Source: Chrysomallon squamiferum (lineage: Eukaryota > Animalia > Mollusca). From it: a DNA stretch of 64,000 bases. Made by a program: the position numbers and the translations under genes. How positions within the stretch are numbered: position 1 is the stretch's first letter; every line of letters starts with the position of its first letter. This document shows positions 1-13,800 of this stretch, in pieces. Below the pieces are notes generated by a model that saw nothing but the letters and a program-made list of their open reading frames with translations, made no database searches and was not told the origin of the DNA. Location of the stretch: positions 3,658,001 through 3,722,000 of the forward strand of contig CM022671.1 in NCBI GenBank assembly GCA_012295275.1, given 5' to 3'.

Positions 1-44
1 GCATTCTAAGACACGTGCACACTGTGATGTTTTATGTGTTTCAG

Positions 45-1760
45 AGAGGAACTGATTGCTTACTATGCTGGTTTGAGTGAGGAGGCTGCCAGACGAGAAC
101 AGAAGGCTTTGTGGAAAGTTCGACGTGGACGTCTGGAACATGTCAGGACAGAATTTCTCTTGGCTGAGGAGGCCAAACTGAAGAGAGAAATGGTGGAAAC
201 AACTGAAGCCAAGGTATTTCTTTTTCTTTAAGTTTAATTTTCTCACAACTCTCTTTAACATAACAACCAACAATGCACTGAAAAGTTTCAGTAAAACATC
301 AAATGTGTTAATATTGTGACATGATAAAATACAGTGGCAGTGACAAAGTAAAACAGGTTTTTAACTATAAATTGAATGTTGTTTTTTATTTGAAATTTTT
401 TAACTAATGTTTGTTCTTTATTTGACAAAATTGAATGTTGTTTTTTATTTGACAAAGTAAAACAGGTTTTTAACTATAAATTGAATGTTTTTTTTTTTGA
501 CAAAGTAAAACAGGTTTTTAACTATAAATTGAATGTTGTTTTTATTTGACAAAGTAAAACAGGTTTTTAACTATAAATTGAATGTTGTTTTTTATTTGAC
601 AAAGTAAAACAGGTTTTTAAATATAAACTGAATGTTGTTTTTTATTTGACAAAGCAGGTTTTTAAATATAAATTGAATGTTGTTTTTATTTGACAAAGTA
701 AAACAGGTTTTAAATATTGACTCTGATTCAAGTCTCCCATCTTGGGCTAAGAATGTCTCTGAAGTTAAAACTGTTGAAGATGAAAAAACAACTCTGCCCA
801 AGTGGGCTGATGTTGACACTGACATGGTGGCTGTTCATGTTACTGACAGAGATGATGATGATGGTGGTGGTAGTAGTAGTTCTGCTGCTGCTGCATTACC
901 TCAATGGGCAGTCAAAGGATTAAAAAAATACGGATTGGATGGGTCAACAATTGATATTGGTGAAATCAGTTTGCAGATGTCAGAAACTGCACCAAAAAAA
1001 CATGTTTCTGATGAAACTGAACCATTGCCAGAAAAAAAACACATCCGTACATCTGAGGAAATGCATGCTACAAAGCAAACAGAAGCTGAAGAAGAAACAA
1101 GAAGACAAATTCAGGTATTTCCAGACAGACATGCAACAGCTGAGACTGTTTCCGATGAAACATATTTACCTGGCATCAAGTGTTTCACTGATGTCAGTGC
1201 AACCAAAGAAACTGAAAGTTCAGATGTAAAGCCACATCTGAAATTTAACCCAGACAGATGTGCTACAACTGAAACAATGCAGGGGAAAGACATTGATGTT
1301 CCAAAATTACATCGCCAAGCTGATGTCCATGTTGGCATTGAGAGCAGACAAGAAGATGTAAAGATAAAACAAGCTGGTCAGTTTGGACATGTGACTGACC
1401 AGTCAGATCAGGAGAAGCAGATGGTGCCAAGGTTAAAGAAGCATGCTTGGATTTACGCTAATCTTGAATCAAATCCAAAGGATTATGGAATTCGACCGAG
1501 AATTAGAATGAATAAGAAAATGTCAGCTACAACAGAGACAGAACCTGCTCGTGTTAAACCAGTACACAAGTCTAGTGCTGTGATGTATGCAACCAAGGAG
1601 TCAGAACATATAGATGAAAATGTAACAAAAGTGAAGAAGTTTAAGGAGAGGAATATTCATGGACATTCCACAGATTCATCAGTCCAGAAATTGTTGTATG
1701 GTGTAAAGTGTGCTAGTGGTGATAATTCAGATGAAAATGCAGGTTTGTTTTTTCAGCTGT

Positions 1761-1798
<38 letters not shown>

Positions 1799-4700
1799 TA
1801 ATCTATTTCTTGAAATGTATCTGTGAGAGGTTTGGGACACAGATTAATTGTTTAATGGGATGAAGATGAAAGGAATTTTTTAAACAGATTTTAGAATAAG
1901 CAGTTAAATAAATTTACACTTGGGTTTGTGTGTATATATATAAATGTAACTCCTTTGGGTCCTAAATAAATTTAGATATAATTTATTTGACATAAATATT
2001 TTTTTATGAGATATTAGTTTAATATGATAAAAGTAAAATGAATAGAAAAGTTTAATGTTTTATAGCAATTATACACTGATAAATGCAGTTTTTAATCCAA
2101 ATATTAACTTTCTTTCATTGTAGTTCCAACGTCAAAGGCCTTTTCTATTGACACAGAGTGGCTGAAAAACAATGTAGAACCATATACAGACAATTTTGAC
2201 TTTCTCAGTAAGTTATGTCTTAAATTTCGTTTCTGAGTGTATATGCTTGAATATGCTTTTATATTATGTTACAGTTTTTATTTCAGAATATTATTTAGAA
2301 TTATTTTTATAAAATAAAATTAATAAGCAAAAAATATTTTATATCCTAATGTTTTTATTTTTACAGTTTGCTTCTTCTTTTTTTTAAACTTAATTTATTT
2401 ATTTACATGCTTATTTCTTTAAGAATATACTAATTAATAAAATTATTATTTTTTTTTTTTTAAATTTAAATTACAGATCTGTCACCAAAAGTTGATTTAC
2501 TGGAAAATATTCCAATTTCTAGCAGCTTGGGAGACTACAGACTGAGTCAGAAGGCAGATATCTCAACATACCAGTACATGCATCTTCCTTCTCTGCTCAA
2601 AATATCTCTCACTGCACCCATCAGAGCTCAGTGAGTTTGATTTTCTCTATATTTTTATATTATTATTAAAAAGGATATTAATGTAATTGTTTTTTGGCTT
2701 TGTTAGGTTTACAGTAAAACACAGTAAAATACTGTTGTAGGCTACATTAATTACAAGAACCTGTTGTTGAAACTGGCATATAAATATAATTTGAAAAACA
2801 CTTCTTATTTTTCTTAGCAAAACTTAATGGTTACTATTTCTAAAATATTATTTAATATTTAAACAGATTTTGATAAAAACCTGAATACAGATATCTTTAA
2901 AATAAATTAATTCATATCATGCAGTTTACCCAGATAATGAAAAATACTAATTTGATTTTTTCAGGGTGTCTCTTGTAAACCAGTGTATTTTAGATTACTT
3001 CTTTGTGGAGTTAAAGATTGGAGAACATTTTGATGCACTCAGACGATATTTATTGATGGCTGATGGACATTTTTCTCAAGTTGTTAGTGACATTCTTTTT
3101 GAGAAGGTAAGTTCTGTATTAAAACATAAATACACACTCTTTTTATTATCTTGTGACAATAACTTTTACTGTATAGTCATTATGGTTATAAATTTTCATA
3201 TATTTGTAATTCTTGAAAATTAACTCAAGATATGACTTGATCAGTGAAAATAATTCAGTTATTAAAAAATGTTCTACAGTTAGTTTAAAACCCAGTTAAT
3301 TTTTATATTTTGCTGTTATAGTTTGTATATATATATATGTAAATACTTAAATTTCTTTCATCACATTCAAATAAATAATTTCTTTCTTTTCCCTCAGTTG
3401 GCTACGAATCCACTTCCATGTGAACTGTTGAATCCTGTTTTTCTTAATGGTGCTCTGACCAGAGCTCTCCAGTCCTCTGTCCACTCAGATGACCAGCATA
3501 CAAACAGTCTTTCATTTGCTCTTAAGTCGTATCCGAAAGTGCTAAACTTTGCTGGTATGTAAAAGTTGTTTTTATTTAATATTGAGAAAGATAACAGATA
3601 CTGGTGTAGTTGTGACTTTGTGACACATTTGTGTTCAGAGTAAACCTCCCATCAGCCTGAATTGTCTTCAGTTTTGAATTGTCTTCCACAGAAATATAAG
3701 GATTATTTAGTTCTGGATAGAAGATGATAACATTTTAGGACATGTATTAATTTTGAATATTCTGGCTACTTTGTTATTGACAACAGTTGGTTTCTAGATG
3801 GAAACAAATAACAACTGAAGAAATTTTGTTTTGACATTTTATTTGTGTTGTTTCAGCACCTGATACTCTGGATTGCCTAGAACTGAAGTATGAGGTAAGG
3901 ATAAATTAAGTCTGAGAGTTTTTCTTTCTTGTTAAGAAGTTAAAACATTGGTATATGTTTAATACCTTAAAGTAAATTTTTATAAATACTTCTAAGAACA
4001 AAAAATAATATAAATACTAAAATGTCATAATACAGTGTTATATTGTGTATTGTTAAACATTTAAATTAGACTTCCTCTGAAACCTTTTTTTTAAATTTAA
4101 TTTATGGAAATGTATTGTCTTAAAGATTTTTGTCTGTCAGTGTGCATGTGAAATTTATACCTGTATATTCTTTTGTTTTAAATCTTACTCAAACATATTT
4201 AATAATTCTCTCTATGTTTGCTTTTTACAACTATTTTTTCAGGTTGCATGGCCAGTTAACATTGTGATAACTGAGTCATGCATGAGAAAATACAGTCTGT
4301 TATTTTCTTTCATGCTGCAACTCAAACGAATTGTCTGGATTCTCAAAGACATCTGGTATCGTCTTAAAAGAGACTGTAAGTATTCGAATTCACTTATTTT
4401 GTTTTATTTCTTTAACACTTTTAAAACATTTAAATATAAAAAACATCATTGCTATTATTTATTATTAAAACCATGATAATTAATTACTGGTATTTTTTTA
4501 TGTCTCATCATCTTCATAATTATCATTGTGATTATTATTAAAATCTGTTATTATTATTATTATTATTGTTGTTGTTATTGTTATTATTATTATTATTCAG
4601 CTGTGGTTGTTGGAGTAGGAAATTCACGCCAGTTTAGACAGCTACAGTTACACAGGCAAGTAATTCACCTGTTGTTCTTATTAATTTATTACATGGTTCA

Positions 4701-6235
4701 CTGTTGTTTTGTTTTTTCTTGTTTTTTTTTCATAAATATTTTTTCATATAACGGCCATAATCTGATGTCAGTTGTCAATTATATTAATACATATTTTTCA
4801 TTTATAGATGTTTTTGAAATTGATGGGAAGAAATAAAAGCTTTATTTTAAGATACTGGTAGTTTAAGTATTAAATTTATTAAGTTAAATATCTTTTTTGA
4901 ATTCATTAGATCCATTTCTAAATTTGTTTATCTGTTTTCATAGTTTTAAAAAGTTATGTATTTTGTTTAAAAATGTATGCTTATTTTGTTTATGTAATGT
5001 GAGGTATTAAAAGATATTTTATTTAACAGACAGGAGATGCAGCACTTTGTTAAAGTGATGCAGGGCTACATGTCAAATCAGATCATTCACGTCATGTGGA
5101 CCAACTTCTCCAACAACTTGCAAGAACAAGTTCACAACCTTGACGACCTGCATCGAGTCCACAGAGAATACCTGGACAACTGTGTACTCAGGTCAGCAGT
5201 TTTTACTATTAACTTGAAGACACTTCTACATTCAATACAGAAATATTAAATTCAAATAATACTTTTATACCTTATTCAACTGCTTGACTTTAGTTTTCAT
5301 AGGTATGTTTTATATAATGTTCATTTTAACATAAGTGGCAGGGTATTTCAGAAACCATCTTTCTTAATGTTTAATTTAGTCTATTATCATTTTCCATTCA
5401 GGGAAAAAAACAAAAAAACAATATTAATTTTATAAATTATAAATATTCATTATGTAAAAAAATATGCAAGATTCCTCAAAAAATGTTTAATTTTTCAAAC
5501 AGCTCTATTATTTTATAGATCCCTAAAAAGTTATGTGTACAAGAGTAAAAAAAAAAAAAAAAAAATTATGTTTAATTTTCAGATCCCTACTGAACAAGAA
5601 AGCACTTCCAGTGATGAAGATAATACAGGACATATTTTGTCTGATCATTAAATTCCGTACAAATCTCATCAATGGAGAGTGGAGAACAAACCCTCAGACA
5701 GGGGAGATGACTCATTCCAACTTTGCTCACATTAAGGAAGCCTACTTATCATTTGAACAGTATTCAATTTTCTTATTTACAGGTATGTTTTATAACTTTT
5801 TATATGACTACATTATTTTTGTTTCAAAGTTAATTTATAGATAGAAGGTCATATGTTAAACATCAGATAACATCAAAGCAAAACAATTTACCAAGGTGAT
5901 TTTTGAATTCATGTGAATTAATACTTGAATTGTCAAAATACATTTTCAGCAGCAAAATACCCATTTCATTTTCATGAAAAGTCTCACCTGTAAAAAAAAA
6001 AAAAAAATCATTTTTAGAATCTGTTTATTTATTTTTATTTATGAGCACTTTATCTTAATGTTTTGATAATGTTTTCAGATTTGAGTTTTCAAGCAAATAT
6101 TTTTCAGAGTTTAATCTGAGGTATTTATTATTTTCAGTTGTAAACAAGCTGGCAGTTCGAGGTTACCAGACTCATCTTCAGGAACTGTTACTGCGACTCA
6201 ACTTCAACAATTACTACACACAACGTACTAATTAA
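45..6235 (+). CDS. TUBGCP6: Gamma-tubulin complex component 6 (5'-partial, 12 exons in window)
   Basis: Frame-consistent exons: 45-213, 707-1742, 2124-2207, 2477-2630, 2965-3106, 3398-3554, 3857-3894, 4243-4375, 4601-4655(or 4659), 5030(or 5034)-5191, 5583-5782, 6138-6235(TAA). GRIP2-domain motifs HFDALRRYLLMADG, LELKYEVAWPVNIVITE, QFRQLQLHRQEMQHFVKVMQGY and C-terminal HLQELLLRLNFNNYY match GCP6. The large low-complexity insertion exon with an HGHSTDSS motif is also GCP6-like. Confidence 0.93.
341..720 (+). repeat. ~49-bp tandem repeat spanning the acceptor of the large TUBGCP6 exon
   Basis: Unit TGACAAAGTAAAACAG|GTTTTTAACTATAAATTGAATGTTGTTTTTATT; CAG ends at 356, 465, 513, 562, 612, 657, 706. 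Confidence 0.92.
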
Positions 6236-7849
6236 CTTTGTGACGGTCTTTTCATTCTCCTTGTGATAAAATATTTAACCTAAGGTGGCTGCTACTTCAA
6301 AAAAACAAAACAGTGATAGAATTATAAACTTTAGTTTAATTCTTGACACATTTGTGCTGTAACAGAAGAAATGATTATACTCAAATATTTAATTTGTGTG
6401 ACATTTTGCTGCTTATCTAAAGAACATCATCTTCCAATACATATATGGTTAACTAAGGAAAAACACCTGTAGTGTTTTCTTAAATTTTTTGCTAAAGTGA
6501 ATTTGTAAGGATCAACATCAACATATCCAGACCAGTAATGGTTGCATGGAAAATAATAATCAAAATAAAGGATTTGATGTAGTTTGTGAAAACAAATATG
6601 AAAATCATTTTTAAAGATCTGTAGACAATTTGTACTTTTCATTGCTAATACTCTGATGACAGAAAACTATCTGGTGTCTGATCATTCTTAAAAAGAAAGA
6701 TATTCTCGTGAAAGCTTACTGTGATCAATTAATTATATAATCAAATATTTAGTGATAACTATTTTTAAATGAAGAAATAAATTTAAAACATCATATATCC
6801 ATTTTGTACTGTGTAAAAGTTATTTTTAATAAACACTACTTGATTCCTTGTTACAATTTGAACTTGTATTTTATAAAACTGTAATCAACCAAGATGATGT
6901 CTTAATTATTAATGATTCTCCTTGGCTTTTTTTTTTTGATGCCATAAAATAGCTTTTCTTTTAGGTTCCAGGATAAAACACAAATAGATAAATTTGGTTT
7001 AACAATTATTTCTTTTTCTAAATTGAAAACTGAAATATTTAGGCATATATTTAATCTGGTTGAAAAACAAAACACCACTGAAGTTAAATTAATTTATTTT
7101 CCATCATAATTTTCAGTAATGTTGTTTGATTAAATATATTTTAAGTAGAAACCCCAGTCCAGTACATGATTTTGGGTTAAAATTTCCTTTAAAATACAGG
7201 AAATAAATAACATTTATACGTATGCACTGGAAAAAAATACATCAGAAATGACCTAAATAAAATACCAAAGAAATCTTGTTTATTTAAAACATCTAAGCTA
7301 ACTTTTGAAAATAAAATTTGAATACATCTACAATAATGTACTACAGTGACATAATTACAGAAGCAAACCCTTGTATTTTGTTGTTGGTTAAATAATTATT
7401 TTTATATTTTTGTTTTATCACAATATTCTTTAACAGTTTGTCCAATGTAGTAAAATCAACACACAAAGCATAAAATCTTGTGAACCAGAAAATCCTAAAA
7501 TCAAAGTGTTTAGTATTCAACTGAACCTGTTCATTAAATAAAAAGATGATGTTCATGTATAAATATGGATTGAGAATACACATCATACAGTAAGACAAGA
7601 TATATGTTGTTGCATTTTTCAACATGACCTGTACATCATGAACTAAAAGACTTTTCCAGATTTACATATATTACTATTGATGAAAAGCTTTTATTAAATA
7701 TCTAAGACAGTTTCCAAAAAGAAATTTCTCTACTGCTGTAGTTCACAAAGGTTTTTCAAAATCAAATAAATTATACCACTGGAAGGCTGTGCGTGAGATT
7801 TAGATGATTTTATTTATTCATGTTCATACAATGTCAGTTTTAAGTTTCA

Positions 7850-10800
7850 TTAACTGCCGATTTTCATCTTGTCAACTCCATCCTCCAGCTTCTTGTTTTT
7901 CTTTGATTTCTTCTCCTGCTGTTCATCTATTGGTGCAGGTTTTACAAATGGGATTTTTTCATTTAAACCTGGAATAAAATCACAAATCTTAATTAAAATT
8001 AATGATTTATAAGAACAAAAAATGCTAAATATTGAAATAATTAAAAATAACTGGACTATGAAAGAAACTGGAAAAAAAATAAAAAAAAAATAAAAAACAA
8101 TGATTTAATAAACAAAATTTTTAAAGTTGAAAAACCTTTATATGAAATGCTTGTTTCAGATTTTGGAATCTGCATCATCTAAATATGAATTCCATTTCTA
8201 TTTTATATACAGCTCACACAAATAGCCTGCAGGATTTTTAAACATCATTTTTATTAATTTTGTGCATAAAATAAAGTTTGTATATGCAAAACAATTTAAA
8301 AATTATAAAATATCACTATTTCTGCTGTTGAGAAAAAGTCCAGCACATAAGAACAATTCATATTTTAGAACTGCAGATAAACTATATTAACCCTTGGTAA
8401 ATTACCTGGTGGCATAAACTTCCTGATAACTTCAGGAACGATGATGCCGTCATCTGTCTGGTAGTTTTCCAGTATTGCACAAATAGTCCGCGTTGTAGCA
8501 CACATTGTAGCATTGAGCATGTGAACATAGGGGACCTGGAACAGTACATTTAATAATTATTTAATTGTGACCAGTCTTAGAAAAATAAATTCTGCTTTGT
8601 TGTAAGAAAGATTATGATGAATTAACTACTTATCTTGTTTGAACTTAGCCTTATTTTCAATTTTGTTTTATCCCATATTAATAAATTTAAAAAAAATATA
8701 AATAAATAAAATAAAAAAGAAGAAATTACTATAAAACAGAAAGTTGAAGAAGTCATATTAATGTTATTAACTGTCATTATTTATAACAAAAAAACTCTAA
8801 CAAACTTTATTCAGTTTTGAAGACTATCATTATCAACAATATATAAAACTGATGCCAGTGTTAATAACAATGACTGAGTCACCTCCTGGTTTAGTTTCTT
8901 TGTCTGTCCATATCGGATGTGCAGACGACGTGACTGGTAGTCTGTGCAGTTTGAACATGAAACAAGTTCTCGGAAAGCACCGGATCCCGGAAACCAGGCT
9001 TCTAGATCCAGTTTCTTAGCAGCAGCATTGTTCAGTTCACCTACATAAAATAAAATATTTAAATATGGTGAAAAATGTCGTTAAATGTATCTTGTAGATG
9101 AAAGTGGAAGAGTGAATGAGAAATTAAAAACAAATATATACAGAGATATAAATATTTCAAGAATACAAAAACTAAGACAGTGAAGTAAAAAAAGAAATAT
9201 GTGACAATGATTTCAACCTGTAATGTTTTCTTATCTCTTATCTTTTTAAAGCTGCTTAATAAACAAATAAATAATTTTTAAAAATGTATCTAAATTAGCT
9301 TAGTATCTCAATTTTAGTTTTTCTGAGAAGAGAATCACAAACAATAGTGACCGCCAATGATAACATATTATTTGTGTTTTTAGTTCTGGAAAGGAAGATT
9401 GTATGTATTAATGTAAGTCTCTATACCTGTAACTATGTTTACAATCCTGTAAGGTAGATCCAGAGATTTATTAAATTTCTCAGCAATGTTAATCATCTGG
9501 TCAAACATCTCCCAAGATTTGTTATCTTCGGGTGATGTTATACAAAACTGTTCCACCTGAAAATTAACCAAAATTAACTGGTTATTTTTCATATGGTTTT
9601 ATTTTTATATTTAAAAAACAAACAACCAACAAATATATATATGTCTTTTTATACAGTTTGATACAGTCATACAGAGTCAAAAATCACCAATATCTTTCAT
9701 TTCCAAGTAATTTATAGAACAATTCATATGAAAGAGATGGAATAAAAAAAAAAAAGAGATTTGTGGGAGAGTCATTAAAGAAATAATAATTATAAATAGT
9801 AATAATAATAATAATAAAAATTGCATATATATATATATAAAAAAAAAGTGTTATTCTTTTTATCTCACCATTAAACATGGAGAATCCTAGCAAAATAAAA
9901 ATAAAACAAATATTTAAAAAAAATTATATGTAATAAGATAAATAAAAAAATTAAATGCTATATCTGCAGATCTTCTATGTCTACTTAAATTTGTACCTAA
10001 AGAATAAAATCAAGAACTGCTAGCCTCCAGGGCAGTATGTTTCTCTATTTTTCTGAATTACAAATTGACCGTGCAGGTTTAACGTAACAACTGTTTACCT
10101 TTTCAAACTGATGTACTCTGAAGATTCCCCTGGTATCTCGCCCATGTGATCCCACCTCCTGCCTGAAACACGTGGAGTAGCCACAGTACTTGACAGGCAG
10201 TGACTCTGGTGACATCCACTCGTCTCTATGAAATGCAGCGATAGGCTGTTCCGAAGTCGCTATCAAGTACTTCTCATCAACCCCACTCTCTCCTTGCTTT
10301 TCACTCCCTTTGCCAAGTACCTGAATTAAAAAAATAAAAAAAAATAAAATAAAATAATAATAAAATAATAATAAAAAAAAAATAAAATTAAAAAAAAAAA
10401 TAAATGAAAACAAAAAAAAAAATTAAATAAAAAAATATTAAAATTAAAAATAAAAAATTAAAAAATAAAATGATACATAACATACAAATATTTTATTATA
10501 AATGCTTATTAAGATAAAACTGTTTGCCACATTTAGAATAATACAAGAATGCATAATGTCAGTCTTTCCGACTTAATCTCTTGATAAATAATAAAACCGT
10601 GGTGTTGAAAAAGAGTAATTACAGTCACACCTTGTACAGCTCCTCATCAAACTGGGACAGCTGAGCCACTTCCTGCATGACTTCCTTCCTCATGAAGAAT
10701 GGCGTGTACAATGGCTCATAACCATCAGCATACAACAACTGCATCGCATAGTTTATCAAAGCCTGCTCCAGAAACACTAGAGGCCCCTAAAACATAGAAT

Positions 10801-11382
10801 TTTAAGTTTTCAAACTTTTAGTTTGAAAATAAATAAATGTTAATTTAAACTATTTATTAAAAAATTATATATCATGAATTTCTCCAAACAATAAAATTAT
10901 ATATTCCGAATTAGTTTAAAAAAAAAAAAAAAATTATATATATATATATAATGTTTCCAAATAATCAGTTTTTTTGTGGATCTGGAATCTTTCAAAAATA
11001 AATACATCAAGACAGAATAAACTAAAATAAATAATGACAAAGTAAAATTACTTTCAAGTAGTAGCCCCTCCCCCCAGCAACCATAGTCCCACGTTCTGTG
11101 TCAACACCATCCACCATGACAACAAGATCAACATGAGAGTACTTCTTTCTAACAGTACAGTCACCATGAGTCCTCTCCACTCCATTTTCTTCCTGGAATC
11201 ACAAAAAACATCCAACAGAGTAATACGTTAAATGTAGTTTAGAGACAGAGATACAGATAACATTTCTTTCTTTAATTTTAACAGATGCAGAGACAGAGAC
11301 AGTGTTGGAATAATTATAAACGAAACAATATTTTAAAGACCTTCCATTTTGTAGAGAGAGAGTTCTTTGAAAGATGGATGGA

Positions 11383-11461
<79 letters not shown>

Positions 11462-12906
11462 TAAAAGAGAAAGATTTTTTTATTTATGTATGAAATATCA
11501 AGTGAAAACACACCAAACCCATTCATAAATTATTTTACATTATTATAACTAACAGTTAACAATGATTAAGAATCAAGTAATACATCATTCAGATTCTACT
11601 GAAAACAGTTAGTGTATTTTTATTAATAGACTAAAACTAAAAAGGGTGAAGAGTTGTGAATGAACCACAGTATCTTTATAACAGTTCAAAGTTCTTCTAT
11701 TAAATACATTTTTTTTCTAATTCAGTTCTGAAAATCACAGTTGACAAAACTGTTGCACATGATCTGTGCTAACACTGAAGTGGATGATGACAACATACCT
11801 CATCATTACTAATGATGCATGACTCGTGAAGAAGATTGCCAATTTCCTTCAGAGCTTCATTTCGATCCTGTTCGTGTTTAGCTAGACTGAAATTGTTTTC
11901 TTCCATTGCCTTGTCGATGAGCAATCGTACAGCCTTTATCTGATTCACTGTTAAAGCCTGAAAACAGAAATTAAATAATGGCATTGAAAAAAAATAAAAA
12001 AAACAAAAAAATAAAACACTATAATTATTTATTATGAAAATGTATAAAGTTGTAAACAATTTCTATATATGACAGAAAAGTAAAGAGAGTGACTACAAGT
12101 ATATACTTTCATCAAAAACAAAAATAATTTTACTTCTGATGATAAATGCCTCACCCATGCATCTTTATAAGGTCATTATCCTTGATTATCATCAAAGATC
12201 AATATTTATTAACCCCACTAGTACACAGATATATATATATTTCACCTGTTGATACCATCGTAACTAAACAAACTTTTTCAATTTGCTGGTTAATTATAAT
12301 AATGCATTATTTGTGAAAACTGATATTATAATTATGGAACAAATATAATAATCACTTGAAAATGTATTTACTTTTGAATCTGTAATGACAGAAGCATTTT
12401 AATCTAGTTTATCAGAAAATACCTGTAACTGTTCTGCTGTAACTTCTTCCAGATTGTTAGCAACTTCCTCAGGCACATTTTCATCAGTCCCAACTGCCTC
12501 CTTAGCCTAATTAAAACACATAAAATAACTGAACTACTATACAAAGATATTTCTGAATCAGAATTCTCTCTTTTCTTTTACTTATTATGTTATTTTTATA
12601 ACTGATGACAAAAGTTTGAAACAGAAAAGAATATATTTTTCACACATTTTTAATTAACTTTATTTTATGTTTACAACACATGATGGATATATAAATATTT
12701 TTATTGTTTACTAACAAATATTATAACATTTGAAAAAAAAAAAAACTACTGATCTTGTACTGAAGACTGAAAATTATCATTTACCAATGAATATGCATAT
12801 ATTCCTGAGTTGTATTACCATTCAACAGATTATCATTATATGCTTTTTGACATTTTTTAATGTTATTTTTTAATCTTTACTTTATGTAATAATAATCATA
12901 ATAATA

Positions 12907-12956
<50 letters not shown>

Positions 12957-13648
12957 AAAAAACAACTAGCTTGTCAATTAAATATACTATCATATAATTA
13001 CACAATATTATAAATATACCTTCATTTTCTGGCCAATTGTCTTGCTACATAAATTCTTCTGTCGATTTAGTTGATCTGCCCGAAATCTCACTGAAATTAA
13101 AACAAGATTGTAACATGATTTATTAAGAAATGTAAGTATTGTAACTTTCATAACATCCAGAACTCTAATATTTACACAGCAAAATAAAGTTACTTAAAAA
13201 TCTATATAATAATAGTGTCAACAATATTGAAACTCATAAATATGTTTGAGATTATCTTCATTTTCACTGTTACTTGTACTAAACTGGCAGTCAATCATGA
13301 ATTAATTAAAGTAAAATATTTATTTTTGTCTTTTATTAAATTGTTAACTTTCAATTATGAGATGTTTTTATAGCAATATTTGTTAAAAAATACAAATTAA
13401 AATTATAACTAACAACAACAATAATAAATAAATACATTAATTAATTAATAAAAACAAAAATTTAAATTAAAAACAATCCGGAACCGATTCAATATTCAGA
13501 TTTTTGACTTACTTTTTCTCCATGCTGTATCGTGCTCAATCACTTTGTCTACCAAAGTTACATCTTTAAATCTCTTCGCTTGATTTTCTTTGATTTTGGC
13601 TGGATCGCCGCCTTTGTCTGTTCTAAATAATTCAATGTCTAAAACCAT
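7850..13648 (-). CDS. SARS1: Cytoplasmic seryl-tRNA synthetase (11 exons)
   Basis: Exons (minus): 13513-13648, 13020-13090, 12423-12506, 11799-11957, 11052-11192, 10631-10786, 10099-10320, 9427-9556, 8883-9040, 8406-8535, 7850-7968. All GT-AG and in frame. Begins [16 protein letters not shown]; contains YLIATSEQP, motif 2 [39 protein letters not shown] and motif 3 [20 protein letters not shown]. Confidence 0.97.
11322..11458 (+). repeat. Dispersed repeat with (GA)n tail, copy 1
   Basis: GAAACAATATTTTAAAGACCTTCCATTTTGTA ... TTTGAAAGATGGATGGATTAT(GA)n, shared with 22188-22337. Confidence 0.8.
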
Positions 13649-13800
13649 TTTGTTTTAGATGACGTCCTTCGTGTAAATAGTAAAACTGGTGAAATCTAAC
13701 GTCAATACACCACCTGCCGGTATATCAACGTGGGCTATGTAACGCATGCGCATAGGCTAAATATCGGGATCATTTTGTGCATTATTCCAGTTTGCTTTTG
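13649..13800 (-). promoter_or_regulatory. SARS1 promoter with NRF1-like and CTCF-like motifs
   Basis: Local CpG-rich patch just upstream of the ATG. CGCATGCGCA at 13743-13752 fits the NRF1/EWG palindrome; minus-strand CCGGCAGGTGGTG at 13708-13720 resembles the CTCF core. Confidence 0.55.

Noticed and set aside
677-1801. 374-aa ORF as a standalone novel gene
   Set aside because: It is the large internal TUBGCP6 exon (707-1742), phase-compatible with both neighbouring exons.
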